Assembly (NCBI RefSeq): GCF_964194155.1
Contig: NC_135903.1
Coordinates: forward strand, 29,326,001-29,390,000
Length of the DNA stretch: 64,000 bases
Source: Cetorhinus maximus
Lineage: Eukaryota
Reading direction: 5' to 3'
The translations under genes and the position numbers were made by a program. Numbering within the stretch: the first letter of the stretch is position 1; each line of letters begins with the position of its first letter. Shown here in pieces: positions 1-13,494 of this stretch. Under the pieces are notes generated by a model. It searched no databases and was not told where the DNA came from. It saw only the letters and a program-made list of their open reading frames with translations.

Positions 1-772
1 CCTGAAACTCAATAGTTCTACTTATGGTTGCACCTGTCTATATGAATGTATTCATCTTCATGCAGAGAAAAGTAAAGACACATGAAACACCTGTGCATCT
101 TTTCCCCAGTTGACCTATGTAGTATGTGATATTTTTGCTGGCTAATATCAAGAATCCTTGCCGGTAATGCACATTCGCATATTGATATCTGACCATGCTG
201 CTCCAAGAACCTTCACTCCCCTTTCCCGTATTTGTAAATGGTTCTTACCAGACATCCTCAACAGGCAGTACCGTGTGTCTCACTGGAACATTGGGACAGT
301 TGCAGGTTTACATTCTATCTTAACACTAATTAATTCCACCAGGCAAAGAAGCCTTGATATGCAGGTAAGCTATCCATTCTGAAAAGGTTATCTTTGTGCT
401 AGCTGCATCTTTCATTTGTCATGCATCAATTCTTATCAACTGCTTTTGTGACTGCACTGGTTACTACTTTGGCTCCAGATCTAGTAATTACAGTGTAGAA
501 TTAAATCACTACATCTCCAGGGCTCAGCATAGAGGCCCATCACTTACACAGGCAGCAGCAAGCATCAGTTCAGACTGAATAGGAAAGTGAACTTCGATTC
601 ACTGTTATTATAGCAGTCACTGTTAACCCTTGAGCAAAGCAATATTTTACACCCAGGTAATAGCATATTCCCTGTCGGGCTGTAGTGATGCACTGAACTG
701 TTCTATAATCTTTAAAATAACCAAATTACAACCATTGATTAAAATAAATTAACCCATCCTCTGAAACAGTAA

Positions 773-2038
773 GGCCCAGAAATTCTGGAATCCCAATTCT
801 GGCAGTAGGGGGTGGGGTGGCAAACGGTAATCACCCTGCACCAGGATGGTGAGGACTGAAGCTCCCAAAATATTGAGCCTCAAACCTAATTGTAATAAAT
901 CCAATGTGGCACAACCGCATAGTGGAGAAAGGTCAGACTGCTGCTGTAAGTTGGCTCAGGGTTGGGTCAGGCTTGGGAATGGGGTTGGTGTGATTGAGAC
1001 CACTGTTAGGGGAAAATTAAAAATGCTAAAAGAGAACACTGTAAGAATTTACTGAAGAACACTTAAAACCTCCAGGCAGACATGGCTGCTAAGCATATTA
1101 AGAGTTGACAATTACCAGATGAACATTGCACAGCCTTGAGAGTCAGGCTAGAGACACAAGAAAGGGCATAAGTTACATTAGGCATACTCCCCTCTCACAT
1201 AGGGAAGGGGCAGATGGTTTTAGCTTAGATATGGGAAGATGAACAATGGACAAAGAGGGAGCTTTGATGAAACACAAACAGTCTTGAGTTGTGAGAACCA
1301 AGGTCTTTGCGTACGTGTTTTAATTTTGATTGGATAATATAATTATGTATACACCCTTTAGAATAATTGGTTAGCAAAATCACATGTTAATGTACTCAAT
1401 AGGATAATGTTAACATGGGACCTGTGTGTCGGTTACCGATTAGATGTATTCAAATGTACTCAAATGTATTGTGATAAGAAAAAGTACAAAAGTAATGAAA
1501 TGTAATCATTCTGGGAACTGGGTCTTTATTCTTACGAATGATTGCGGCTCCCTTGCATTTGCTTGAACAAAACCGGTTACAGGAAGCCTGAGTCTCCGTG
1601 GTCGCTGTGTGATCGGGGATTGTAACTTCTCCTCTTCAACTGGCCTATGTGGTAGTTGCAGGATTGGAGGGGGGACCTTCTTCACCACACAGGACAAGGG
1701 GTCTGAAGTTGTGAAGCTGGGAAAGGGAGATTGAGAGGCCAGGGATCTCAGGGCGCAGAGTTGGGAGGCCTGAGAGTGTGGGAGACCGTGATGGAGCTGG
1801 CTACTTGATGGTAAGCCTTTCTTGGAGAAAGGGCGTTAAACAGTTGCCTTTCCCCTTATTCACAAATACAAAAGGCCTTACACCTGCTAGGCACGTGTTC
1901 AAGGACATCCTTAACCAATCCTGGCGGTCAGCACATTTCCAACAAAAAGTGAGTGCAATCTACCTGCCTGCCATTTTGGGGCCCTACCGGCCTGCACAGT
2001 GCCCAAAAATAGATGCTAGATGACACCATTTCTAGGTC
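773..2038. mobile_element. Possible old non-autonomous TIR element (MITE-like), interrupted by an LTR-like insert
   Basis: Left end GGCCCAGAAAT (773); right end reverse complement GACCTAGAAAT (ends 2038), 9/11 match. No clean TSD. Confidence 0.3.
1004..1638 (+). mobile_element. Putative solo LTR
   Basis: Starts TGTTAGGGG and ends CCTCTTCA, resembling the termini of the LTR at 33718-34820. ACTG occurs at both junctions (1002-1005 and 1639-1642). The AT-rich interior with ATTGG boxes interrupts GC-rich flanks. Confidence 0.45.
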
Positions 2039-3954
2039 ACTGTGACCTGAAATCACAATAGTTAAGGGGCTCACATCACACTTTGCATTAGGGAAAAGAT
2101 GGTGAATCTTTTGGGAAATCTGACATTCTTACCTGAATGCCAATTTCAAACTCTATTTGATGGACCCTCTTGAAAAGTGCCAGGTAAAATCCAATATCTT
2201 TCTGCTTGTTATCTCGCTCAATAATAAATAGTAGAACAATCTGCCCTATAATTAAGACCAACTTTGATTCAAATACTGCAGAGCAGCATCACCTTATAGC
2301 CCCAAAGAAAATTGCTTTTACAGCCTAATGATACCTGATGCATTGATTCTGTTCTTATAATTAGCACATTCTCAAAATTGATGTGCAGGCAAGCTATCCA
2401 CTGTTTAGTAGAAGAGTTTATAAGCATAATCTTGGTTTTCAAAATGTGAGCTTCTATTAACATTTCTTGCTGTTTGGAAAGTGAATATTATTCTAACCCT
2501 TTCTCTTACATGGTGCAGTCAGTCTGCTGCACTGGAACACTGTAGAAGTAATATTATGACCCTTAGTATCTGACATGTTGTTGTCCATCAGGCATTATGG
2601 AGCACTGAGGTCCAATGAATTGGATATCGTTAAGTGGACAGCCTATGAGAGCCTGCAAACCTATCCTTTTCTAGACTCATTATGGCCCTGAGCTTTATTC
2701 AAATTAAGGGTCACTCCATTGTGCCATGGAAACACCTAATGAGTGCTCCTGAAACCCAATGCCCTAGAAATGGTTACTGCCAGCAAACCCCCATCCACTT
2801 TGTTGGATTCTTTAGTTTTCATGTGAGCTAGTTTTGACCAGTAGCTGCTCTGTATTTCTGTACTTCTTTGGCATTCACTTGTTGACATGTATATAATGCA
2901 GATGCTTTGCAGCAATTCAGCTTTCAGAAATTTCGTAAAGTTGGACACCATTTGCCTTTGTGCCTTCTGAAGCTTTTTGCCCTTTTGAAGCAGCTTCTTT
3001 TGAAGAGAGATGAAGATGCCTTATTTTGGATAGAGAAATCAAATCCATGAATTTAACGGAGGTAATGTAAGATGGATGTTTAGTGCCCCACAGGACTGAA
3101 ATGATGTGATTAAAGTATGATTTATATTACATGCAGCAAAAATGGACCTGTTCAATAATGCTTAAAGAGGATTATAAATAAGGGTAGATTTTGGAGCCCA
3201 TGGATGTGGTGAGATAACTCACACACAGTGAGCATGAATTAATAAATTATGAGCTGTGGGTCTGTTATTTTCTGATAATCAAAGTGTGCAAGAGATCCAC
3301 AGATTCACCCCTTAGAACCAACTATTCCAATTTATTTGCTTAAATACTTTTTCAAATCTAGGTTCAGGTAAGAGTAAACTCTTAGCACATGAGAACAGAT
3401 AAGAACTACCCGCCAAAGGCCACATAGCATTAGACATGTACTTTACACCAATTGGATTTGACAGTCATTTCACTTTGCATTATCTGTGTGTCTTTGAAAA
3501 TTGTTGACAGATGGAAATTTACCCAGAGTTCATTTTCCCAGGGCGCTTTGGGTGAACACCAATCAGTAAACTCCCCAGACATAGTCACAGCTACCTGTCA
3601 CATATTGATTTCTGGAAATACTCTACTGTGCACAAAGAAATAATTTGCAGGTAAATAAGCTCTCTCTCACCTCTGCTGGTTGGTTGTAAACACTGAGTTA
3701 CTTTGTTTTCTACATAGAAGTGACATCCTTATTAATAAAATTTATTTAATACTCAAATTATTCTGAATGACTTGCTCTTTGTTCTATCTTTTGGTGCTTA
3801 TATCCACATGTTTCAAACCCTTTACTGCCATAAAAGCTGTCAATTAAGAACTTTTATTCCAGTTGTAATCTGGCTAGATTTTAATGCTGCTTGTAAATTG
3901 GATGCAACCAAATGGAAGTATGGGCAGAGAATTGTGTAGGCCAGATCCCTTCCA

Positions 3955-4066
3955 TAATATTCATCACAACAGTGACAACAGTTCAAAAGTACTACATTGC
4001 TGGAAAAGTGTTTTGAAACACCCTGGGGCTGTGCAAGGTGCTATATAAATGCAAGTTTTTCTTTTA
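3955..4066 (+). mobile_element. SINE/L2-type 3' tail fragment (Deu-SINE-like)
   Basis: Ends GGTGCTATATAAATGCAAGTTTTTCTTTT; related tails recur near 43470, 46450 and 49140. Confidence 0.55.
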
Positions 4067-4253
4067 CCTGCATTTTCGGTTGACTACAAAAAGCTTCTAT
4101 TTTTGAAGCAAGCATGGACATCATTTTAATATGTTAATCGGCTGTCTGTGACTTTATTTGGATGATGACAGAATTTCTTGCTTTGGACCATGGAGAGACA
4201 GTCTTTGTCAATGCTATCCTTCCAGGATGGTGATCTGGGCTCATAGATTCTCT

Positions 4254-4825
4254 GGGCTGAATCTTCTGGCTGGCATGCGGGTGGCAGAGTCCGCATGCCA
4301 GCGCTTAAAATGTCACGCGCTGACATCGTGTAAGCGTCCCGACGTCAGCGCGCAGCATCGCGATGTTTCAGTCGGCGCGCGCGCTATGCAACGGGACGCA
4401 CGCCCGCCATTAATTAAAGGCCTTGTTAGGGCCATTAGCTTTTCAATCGGCCAGGGTTTTGAGGGGCCCGTGCAAACATCGGCTCAGCGCACGGGCTCAA
4501 CGGGCAGGCGGGTAAGTAATTTTTTTTACAAACCTCATCCAGTGGCGGGATGAGGTTTGAAATTGGAATTATAAAATTGTAATAAGGTTTTTGTGTATTT
4601 CATTAACATGTCCCATCTCATGTGATATTTTCACATGAGGGGGACATGTTAATGATTTTTTAAATTTTCTATTTTTCATGTTTCACTGCCTTTCAGTGAT
4701 CTCCCTGAGGCAGCCCTTAATTGGCCCCTCCACTTAAAATGGCAGCATGGACCCGATCGCGGGTGGCGATCAGATCCTCGCCCACACCCGCTCTCCCCAC
4801 CTCCCCACAACGGAAAATTCTGCTC
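4254..4825. mobile_element. Harbinger-type MITE, CpG-rich
   Basis: Left GGGCTGAATCTTC; right GAAAATTCTGCTC, matching the GGGCNGAAT TIR family of the large elements. Contains an internal 25-bp hairpin. TSD not preserved. Confidence 0.6.
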
Positions 4826-7421
4826 CATCACTTTCCCCATGGAAAACTGGCAATGGTGCAAAACAGTAAATAACGGGATTCTAAACAGTCCATGGCATCA
4901 TTGACTGAACCGACATGGCCTTATGTGCTTCCGCACACAATAGCTCTGCATTCATGCACCACCAAGGTTATCATTCCATCAATGTGCAGCTTTATCTCTG
5001 AACATCAGCCCAGGATGATGCAGGTAAATACAAACTTCCCAGCCTGTGCCTTCTATCAGTTAAAATCTACTGATGTCCTTTTTCTTTTTTGAGTGACACC
5101 TCAAAACCTCGCCTGGCTGTGACTACAGAAACCCTGACCAAAGGAGCACATAATAATACCCTGTGCGCAACGACTAAAGTTTTAGGGAAACACCCTGGAG
5201 GTACACTTGCTCTCCAGCAGAGCATTGGACTGGTTAGGAAACTTAACAAGTGTGACGACAGCCTTTGCTCCTAAAGCCACATGAAAGAAGAAGAGTGATG
5301 TCTTCGTATTGGAAAAGCCCTAAGAAATTCCAACACAGTGCAGACCTGATACAATGGAGCACAGACTAGAATTTCACAACGCAAATAGGCAGTTTAACAG
5401 CAATATTGCATAACTTATAACCCATTTTATAACCATTTCACTTACACAAAGCTAAGTACATCTTGATAGCAACAAATAAATTTGGAAGCTATTTGGTTAG
5501 GACACTTTGGTAGAGATTGAATTTGAATTGTCCCAATCATTAAATCGTTACTAAATAAAAACTATGAGCAGTGATATAAATGCATTCAGAATTCATTTTC
5601 ACTGAGGAAATCATCACAATTAAAGAGAAATCTCCCTTTAACAAGATTCCAACCACTTGTGTCAACTGTATACTACTTTCATTACAGGTCTGTCTCTTTA
5701 AATTTGAATGACAAATTGAATTTCACACCTGGGTGGTTCTTTGCAAATGAAATGCATGTATAGCAAATGTAATCTGACAGGAGCCGGACCAGAAGTAAAA
5801 ACACAAAAATACACAAGCGAGATGGAGACACATCTCCCCAACAACTTGAATTGGATTGAATTTAAGCATTAACATTTTTAAAAATTCTTTCCTTTGCTGA
5901 ATTTTATTCTCATCATGATGCCAGGTGTTGAGAAGTGGAATGTGTTCCCATTTCAGGCACCTTGTATCATTTCCTGGTGCTGCACAGCATAGGTGCAGAG
6001 CAAAGGTTCCCTCTACTCAGCTTGAACAATGAGCTTCTACACTGGGTGAGATTTTGCCCATGGGTTTCAGGAACCTGCCATCAGGCTCACATTGGGGTCA
6101 GAATCCAGCACTGTGTGGGAAACAATCACTCACCTGTGATTTTCCCCAAAAATCCCTCTCAGCAACAATGGATTACAGCCCCGAATTACTTATGGGCCCA
6201 TTGAACCTTTTAAGGGAGACATGTGTTTTTTTAAAAAAGACATACAAGCAAAGACGCTGACCAAAAGATGGCTGAGAATGTAAAGTAACCACTTTCTGGA
6301 AAATTCCTATGTGGATTATACTTGACCAACTAATCCCGAGAGAACCCAGAACGTCGCACCTAAAAAGATGTCAAGGTCTACTTCAGACAGAGACACTTGA
6401 AAGGAAGAGATGAAATGAAAAAGACTGAACTTTAATCTCCTGTGGTTGTGGAGGCAATGGAGACTGATTGCCACATCTGAGCAGACGTCCAAAACCCATC
6501 TCCTGTTGAGTTATGTCTCAGAATGTGGAAATGGTCTGAGTTGAAAAAAAATGGACTCTGGGTGAAAGACAAGTTTGTTTTTTTTTTCCCTTCCAGGAAT
6601 ACACAAAGGAATGGGCTAAAAAGTAGTGTACTAGTGTGCTGTGAGAGTGACAGCACAGGAAGATCAACTGGTCACCCCAGCAGTTTGCAGGCAAAGTCTC
6701 CCTCGCTCTGTTGCTGGAGGCAAGTCAGTAAAGCCACAATCAAAGAGGAAGGAGGACAGCTTCTTCAACAAACCTGCAGAACCAAGTGTCTCCAAATCAA
6801 CTGCTAAACTGCCAAAGTCATCTCTCCCAGAATCACACTCCTGTTCCTGGAAGTTATGCTGTGAGCTTTACTGGAAATTAACCTAAGATTTGTACTATCC
6901 TTTTCTTTATACTCTGTTTAATTATTCAAATAATTCAGTATCAATCTGGAAGCCCACAATTAATTCCCAATTATTTTCCCAATTAGAAGAACGAGGCACA
7001 GACACTTGTCACACCTTCAGGGTTTCTGAAATATATACTGAAACAAAAAATAAAACACTGAATATTGTCTCCCACCTGTGATGGACAGAACAATACTGTT
7101 GGCTAGACAGTGAACGGTGATGATACATTAAATTCAGCAGACCTTTACTATTAATATTTCCAAAACAAGCCACATTTCAATTAGGAATTTTGCAGAAGCC
7201 AAATTTACTGTAATGTGCAATTCATTCTGAAATGTCTGACTAGAAATCCAACTTTAACTCAAGGACCAGATGCCTTATCTTGGTTAAAAACACAGAGGTG
7301 AGCGTTCCATTCAGATTTAGCTTCACATCACAAAAAAAACCTCTGCTTGGAATTTACTTTTAGGTTAACTGAATTCCATCAAGTTTGAAGCTGGAATTTG
7401 ACCCGTTCAAAATCCAGAAAG

Positions 7422-8614
7422 GGGCAGGATTTTAAACCCTCAATGGGGCCAGGAATGGGAAACGAGAGAGCTAAAAATAGCCCCAGCATGCCAGTTCCCC
7501 AGCTCCACCATGGCCCAGGACAGTTTTTGCAGTGAGGGGGTGGCGGAGGGGCAGCAGGGTTACCCGCTCATACGCAAGGGTAGTTGACAAGGCTCATTAA
7601 GGTCTATTCAAGGCCATTTAATGGAGGCCAAGTTGGATTTTCCATTCAGCCTCCAGATTCCCGCAGGTAGCAGGGGTCAATTTAGGTGCAAGGTGGCGGC
7701 CTCCAGGCAGCAGACCTGGGGGGTGTGGGAAATACTCCAGGTGGTCCTACAGGCCCTCCCGGCTGGCTTAGAGTTGTGTGTTCTCCACTTTGTTGTTTAT
7801 TGTATATGTCTGATTTACCTCAGGATAATGCAGAGATGACGCTAAGTCTACAAACAGGTTTATTTACAGTGCTTTAAAATATTTCAGCAATTCTAAGAAC
7901 ACATGTTCACAGACCTGGCTTCTCAGGTCTTTCTGGAAGCTTCTGTTTACTTTAGCTCTTAAAGGTGACACCCAGCCTTAACCAATCAAGCACAGTGATG
8001 ATAGGACTTTAATAGCATGGTGACAGTCCAGGGCAGGGCACCATTTTAACAGTCAATTGCAATCGACAAAATTGTTTGTTATTAAATGCTGGTACTTCAA
8101 CTTGACATTGGAACCTGTGATCAAACACATAACTGTGGTGTCATTAACTAGGATATCACAGTCATGAGCTGTGATCAGTTAACATACTAACATACTCAAA
8201 CACAGATTAATTAAACTATTGAACATTACAACTAGGTGCTGTAGCAACCACAGGACACCCTGTAGAGGGGCTCCCCCCACCACAGTCCACAGTGGTGGAC
8301 TGTCTGCAGTAGTTTTTTTTTTACTTAGATTTTAAATAGTTGGAGAGAAGGCACTTCATCTTGAAGCGCCCTCTCTCTTACTTAACTCCCATTGCAGGCT
8401 GCTGCTCCTTTCAAGCTGGGAGGCCTTTGACTGGCACTTCAGCTTTGAGAGCCTGCTTGCCGTCCTTATTCGGACAGTGAGCCTTCCCTTTGGCCATTAA
8501 TTGGCCACTCTTCGGAAAATCATAATGAATAGCTATTTACCACACGGTGTGGGCTTCTGACCCACATTTCAGCCTGATGACAGGACTCTGAAGCCCCAAG
8601 GGAAAATCCTGCCC
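7422..8614. mobile_element. Harbinger-type MITE with a nested AT-rich insert (~7776-8230)
   Basis: Perfect 12-bp TIR GGGCAGGATTTT / AAAATCCTGCCC; 3-bp flanks AAG / AAT. Confidence 0.7.
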
Positions 8615-8639
8615 AATCCTGCTTACAGTTCAAAACACA

Positions 8640-10051
8640 GGCTCAGATTTTCACTCCAGGGTCGGGAGCGCAGAATTGGGACATTTTCCTGTTTCACAAA
8701 CCTGACCCAGGGAAATGGTGTCCTGGAATTTGTGTTTTTCGTTCTGAGGTGGCGGAATGAATGCGGAAGCAACTGGGTGGAGAGGTGGGCTGGGTGGTAA
8801 GCCTGTCTCTGTGCTCCAGCACAGTCTCCAAGATTTTAAAGAAAGCAATAAAACAAAAAAAAAAATGCCCTCCAGCCTCACCCCTCACACCGTATCAGGC
8901 CCCCCCACACACTCCACATGTCCCAAAAATGCTATCCTCATGCCCTCTTCCACGCCCTTAGCCCCTCACCCTCCATTCCAACCCATGCCCCTTTACTCTC
9001 CCTCCATGGCCCTTTATAGTCCCTATTCCAACTTATTGCTAACACATGCCAACCCATTCCCCCACCCATCACCCTTTGCCCTTACACCTACCATTATCCA
9101 CCATGGGAAAACCTCAAGACCCATGCTGAAATTGAATAAAGTTTCACGTGTCTATTGCAGACTTTATTTTTATAAAACATTTGTGCATAAAAGGCCATTC
9201 GCCACTTTTACATTCCTTCAACTGCATCCTTATAAAAACAAATATTTCATTCAAGTGCTTAATGCCTCATAAAAATAATCATTGGCATTTATAGTCTCAC
9301 TTCAAAGCGTCTATAACCATTTGGAGCTGTCAATCAATCTTTGAAATGTAAGGCAACCTACCGTGATAATGGAAAGTTGTGAAGTTAGTCATGCAGCACT
9401 AATACAGCAATGATAACCCTCAGGATTATGTCAATAGACAGAGTGAAATAGCAAGCAATAATTTATTTTCAAACACTCCAGACATTTTTTCAAAGATTTA
9501 AAAGGCAGGAGTGTTAAATACCTTGTCAGCTTGACAGTTGCCTTTGACAGTTCATTTTGACACTTTTGACAGTTGCTTCTAACAGTTCATTTTGACATCT
9601 TTGGCAGTTCTAATGACCTTGAAAATTAATGAGTTTATGTACTTTTTACACACATTCATGCCTAATTTTAACAATCCCAAGGGGCTTCTGACTTCTCCCA
9701 AGTGTTTCTCCTGGAACCATATGCAAAGGGATATCCTATCTCTCAAAAAGGGCACCCTACCTCTCCAAAGGACTCCACAAAGCTTAGGCTTGCTCCTACC
9801 AGGCCTGACCTGCTCATGTCATGTTTCACACACCTGGGTCATCAAAACTAGACATGTATGGAGGCAGCTGTTGATTTATATGGGCAGCTGCCTCCATAAA
9901 ATGCGCGTGTGCAAATGCTGATCCTAGCCCATTCCCGCCCCTGTGAAAATGATAGGGGCCATATTAGGGGGCGGGACTTCTAATTTTCAGCCTCTTCTGC
10001 CATTTTTGCAATGACGGAGAGGTTCGGCCCCTTGTTGTGAAAATCCAGGCC
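8640..10051. mobile_element. Non-autonomous Harbinger-type TIR element
   Basis: TIR GGCTCAGATTTTCAC versus right-end reverse complement GGCCTGGATTTTCAC; 3-bp TSD ACA at 8637-8639 and 10052-10054. Confidence 0.72.
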
Positions 10052-10914
10052 ACATATTCTCCCAAGGGTTGTCACTGGAGGAAGTATTACACCAACATTT
10101 GCACTTTCATTTTCTTGAGTTAGAATCATTCATGACAGAACTTTCTAAATTCTAAACAATGATTTCCATAATCTGAACCTTCACGGAATTACAATCCAAT
10201 TCTCTTAGACTGACTGGTTTCTGCGATGAGGTGATCATACATTTTATTCTTCCCAGAAAATCAAGATATGAAACTACAAAGCGTGAGAGCGAGAAATATT
10301 CCAAGATAAAAATTGTCCATACACTGACTGAAACTGATTGCATTTGCTTTTATCATAAATTAAATCCAAACTCCTTGGGGCCTGAAATTGTTCCTTTGAT
10401 ACATGGGTCTAAATTCAAAACAACAGATTGCAAAGCTGCGAACTCAACACAGTCCGTTTTCAGTATGAATATGATGAACTTAAATGCCAAAACTGGCAGT
10501 TGCTTTGAAACCTAAGTGTGGTGATATTTTTGCTCCCAACTATGGCAGATTTAGTTGTCGGTTAAGGTCTCTACAGACCTGCCTTTGATATTCGTGCTAC
10601 TGCAAAATGCAATGGTGCTGAAACTGAAGAGAGAGGAACAACATGACAGGTGCACTGGAACCATAGAAAATGACACTACTTTTTTACTCTCGCTGCTACT
10701 TTACAAGTGCTCTGGGATTGCTAAGTCCTGTCAAGCTTTCAGATCAGGAATCAATATACTTCACTTCAATGCATATCCACAGAAATAAGGTTAAAGGCAT
10801 TAATATAAGAAATTTGGAGAAGCACAAGTTAGAGTTAAAACCTCTAGCATCTTGTAATTTCTTCACTAATTTGTCTATGGTAAAGAGAGACATACATATG
10901 TACGTACATACTAT

Positions 10915-10987
10915 AATGCTCAAGTCTCTGAAGTGGGACTTGAACCCATAACCCTCTGGTGAAAATTCTACCACTTCGCCAAGGCTG
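10915..10987 (-). mobile_element. tRNA-derived SINE head fragment
   Basis: The reverse strand reads GGGTTCAAGTCCCACT (box B-like), the same head as 22430-22487. Confidence 0.5.
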
Positions 10988-11912
10988 CCACCTGAATAGG
11001 AATAAACCTGAAACTATGTCCTTGAAATTGGGTCATATTTAGATTGGTGCATGATTTCAGTGCAGCAGACGATGAATGAAGCTGGCAGAAGGACCACAGC
11101 AAATTATACCATCGGCCTTATTAGGATAGTACCGGCAAATTGCAGAGGTATAAGATCACCCACTGATATGTCACCGAGGGCCTAAGGTACGGCCGGATGA
11201 GGAGGGGGAGGAGCGGTGGCTTGCAATGTTAATAAGGAGCTGTTACAGATGCTACAAAACTCACACATTTGATGGGGAATTTAAAATATTTAAGTGTCAA
11301 TTGCAAATTAGCATTAATGGCAACTTGCCATAAAAATGGATAGAAATATGGCTGCTAAATTGACTTGTTGCCAATAAGTAGACTGTAAGCAAGACATCCT
11401 TCAAACTTTGTAAATTGGGAGGCAGCCAAATTAGCCGCCTGCATTTCCAGATTTTAAAGATGGTCCAAAGGTCACTCTCAGATAAGAAATATGTTTTTAG
11501 AAATATACAATAAACGATAGAAATCTTTTTGGCCGATGTTAAAATTTCTATTAAAAAGACACATGGTGAAGGACACATTTTAGTCAGCAGTCAGCCATCT
11601 TTCAGCCATCCTTGGGCAGAGGTTGAGTCCGAGCTTAGATCGGATTCCTGGGGCAGAATCATCCCAGATTTGCACGAAGTGCGGTAGCAGGCGGGAGAAA
11701 TGACGTTTTGCCCGCCAGCTGCAATGGTGGCAGCATTACCCCAATCCCACCACATTAATTATACATACCTGGGAAACATGCCATTTTGAAGGCGAGTGGA
11801 CAGTCATTCACCTGCCACACCATCATCTTGCCGCTACATCACGCCGGTCGCCATATTTAAAGTGCAGCCGCTCGCACACCTCTCATTGCTTCCAGCCAAC
11901 AACTGCTGAGAC

Positions 11913-13494
11913 ATGGCCCTGAAAGGCAAAAAGACTGCAGCCACAAGGTGTAATGGTGCGTCCTTCGAGTGTCTTTTGGATGCAGTGGAGGTCCGCTGTG
12001 AGGTCCTCTACCCCTGCTCTGGCCGCAGGATGGGCAGCAACATCACCAATCCGGCATGGGAGGCAGTGGCAGCGGTGGTCAGTGCCATTACCCTACAAAA
12101 GAGGACAGCCAGCCAGTGCCAAAAGAGGGTGAATGATCTCCTCCATTTGACCAGGTTAAGTCACTTTTCTCATCACTCTCAACTCACACACTCACAAACC
12201 CATCACACATCCACAGGGCCCTCACTCACTACCAGTTCAAGGGACATCACCATTCATTCTATCACACTCATCTTCACTGTCCTCATTCCATCCATGGGAG
12301 CACTCACCACCCCCACATGCCAAGTATACTTACCATCTGGCCTGGCAGATGTCCTGCTTACAATCCCTCCACCTCTATTCATGCAGGAAAAGCTGTCACA
12401 CAACAAGAGGGCAAGCTTGCAGACTGGTGGAGGAATGCTTGAAATCAAGGTCCTCATGGACTTTGAAAATAGAGCCATCCAGCAGGCCATTGAGAATCTG
12501 GACCGGTCCTGTGCTGATGGTAAGGTTGGTGGTGCTCTACCAAGTGAGGGTCCAGCAGTGCAACATCTATCAGACAACCGTGCTGTGAGTGACGTGTCCT
12601 CTTTCACAGGCCACGGCCGTGCACTAATTATCTCTCCTTGCTTTCACGGGCATATCTGCCAAACAGCTGATGGAGTCCATGACACAGGGCCTCCAATCAA
12701 GCCCCAAAGAAACCTCTGAAGAGGAATCTGAAAGTACCTTCATTGAAGTCCCGTCACAGCGCTCACCCACACCCTCCACCAGCACAGAGACACACACCTC
12801 GGTGGGACCTAGCTTTAGAGTAGCCTTGGGATCACAATCTGGTGAGCACATCGCACTTTCTGATCCACAGCAGGCAGCGGCAGGGACTTCTGAGGTGTGT
12901 GGTACTTGGAGGGCTGCTGGAAGCCAGAAATTTGCTAAGTCCAAGTCAGATGATGAGCCTCTGGTAACGGTCATATCACAGTTGCTGGAGCTGCAAAGGC
13001 AAGCTCGGGAACATCAGGAAGGGATGTCCACAGCACTCCTCAGGTTGCAAGGCAAAACGGAGGAATCCGTCTGCCTTCTGGCTCAGGTGATAGCGCCGGT
13101 ATGTCAACGTACTGAGGTCAACATTGGTAGGATTATAACTGCCGTGGAGACCTTGGTCCAGGGCATCGCTACTGCACTGCTGCACGGGCTAAACTCCATC
13201 GCTGATGCCATAGTTGGCCTCCTACAGTCTGTATGTGAGAGAGGTGCGGGGCAGCTCGATCTCACTACAGCTACCCCTTCTCCTCAAGGAGTCAGCCAAG
13301 GGACCTTGAGAGGATGCCTGCCAAGGTCATCCCACACAGGGAGTAGCAGTCAGCAGGCTGCCTCTACCTTCTCTGTGGATGTCCATGGAGCACCAATACA
13401 TAGCGGCAGGGTTAGGAAGGTTATGGAGATGTGGTTGTACAGCCTGGGCACGGGAGTTAATCACTTGTACATAATGAGCACTATTGTAAATAAA
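11913..13494 (+). pseudogene. Harbinger Myb/SANT-like DNA-binding protein gene, 3 exons (11913-12155, 12387-12543, 12650 onward)
   Basis: MALKGKKTAA...AWEAVAAVVSA...KRTASQCQKRVNDLL trihelix motif. Exon phases are consistent (0, then 1). The intron-1 donor is GT>TT and the intron-2 acceptor is AG>GG relative to copy B. AATAAA at ~13489. Confidence 0.85.

Noticed and set aside
6250-6920. Possible LTR remnant
   Set aside because: Composition is suggestive, but I could not identify TG..CA termini or a TSD.
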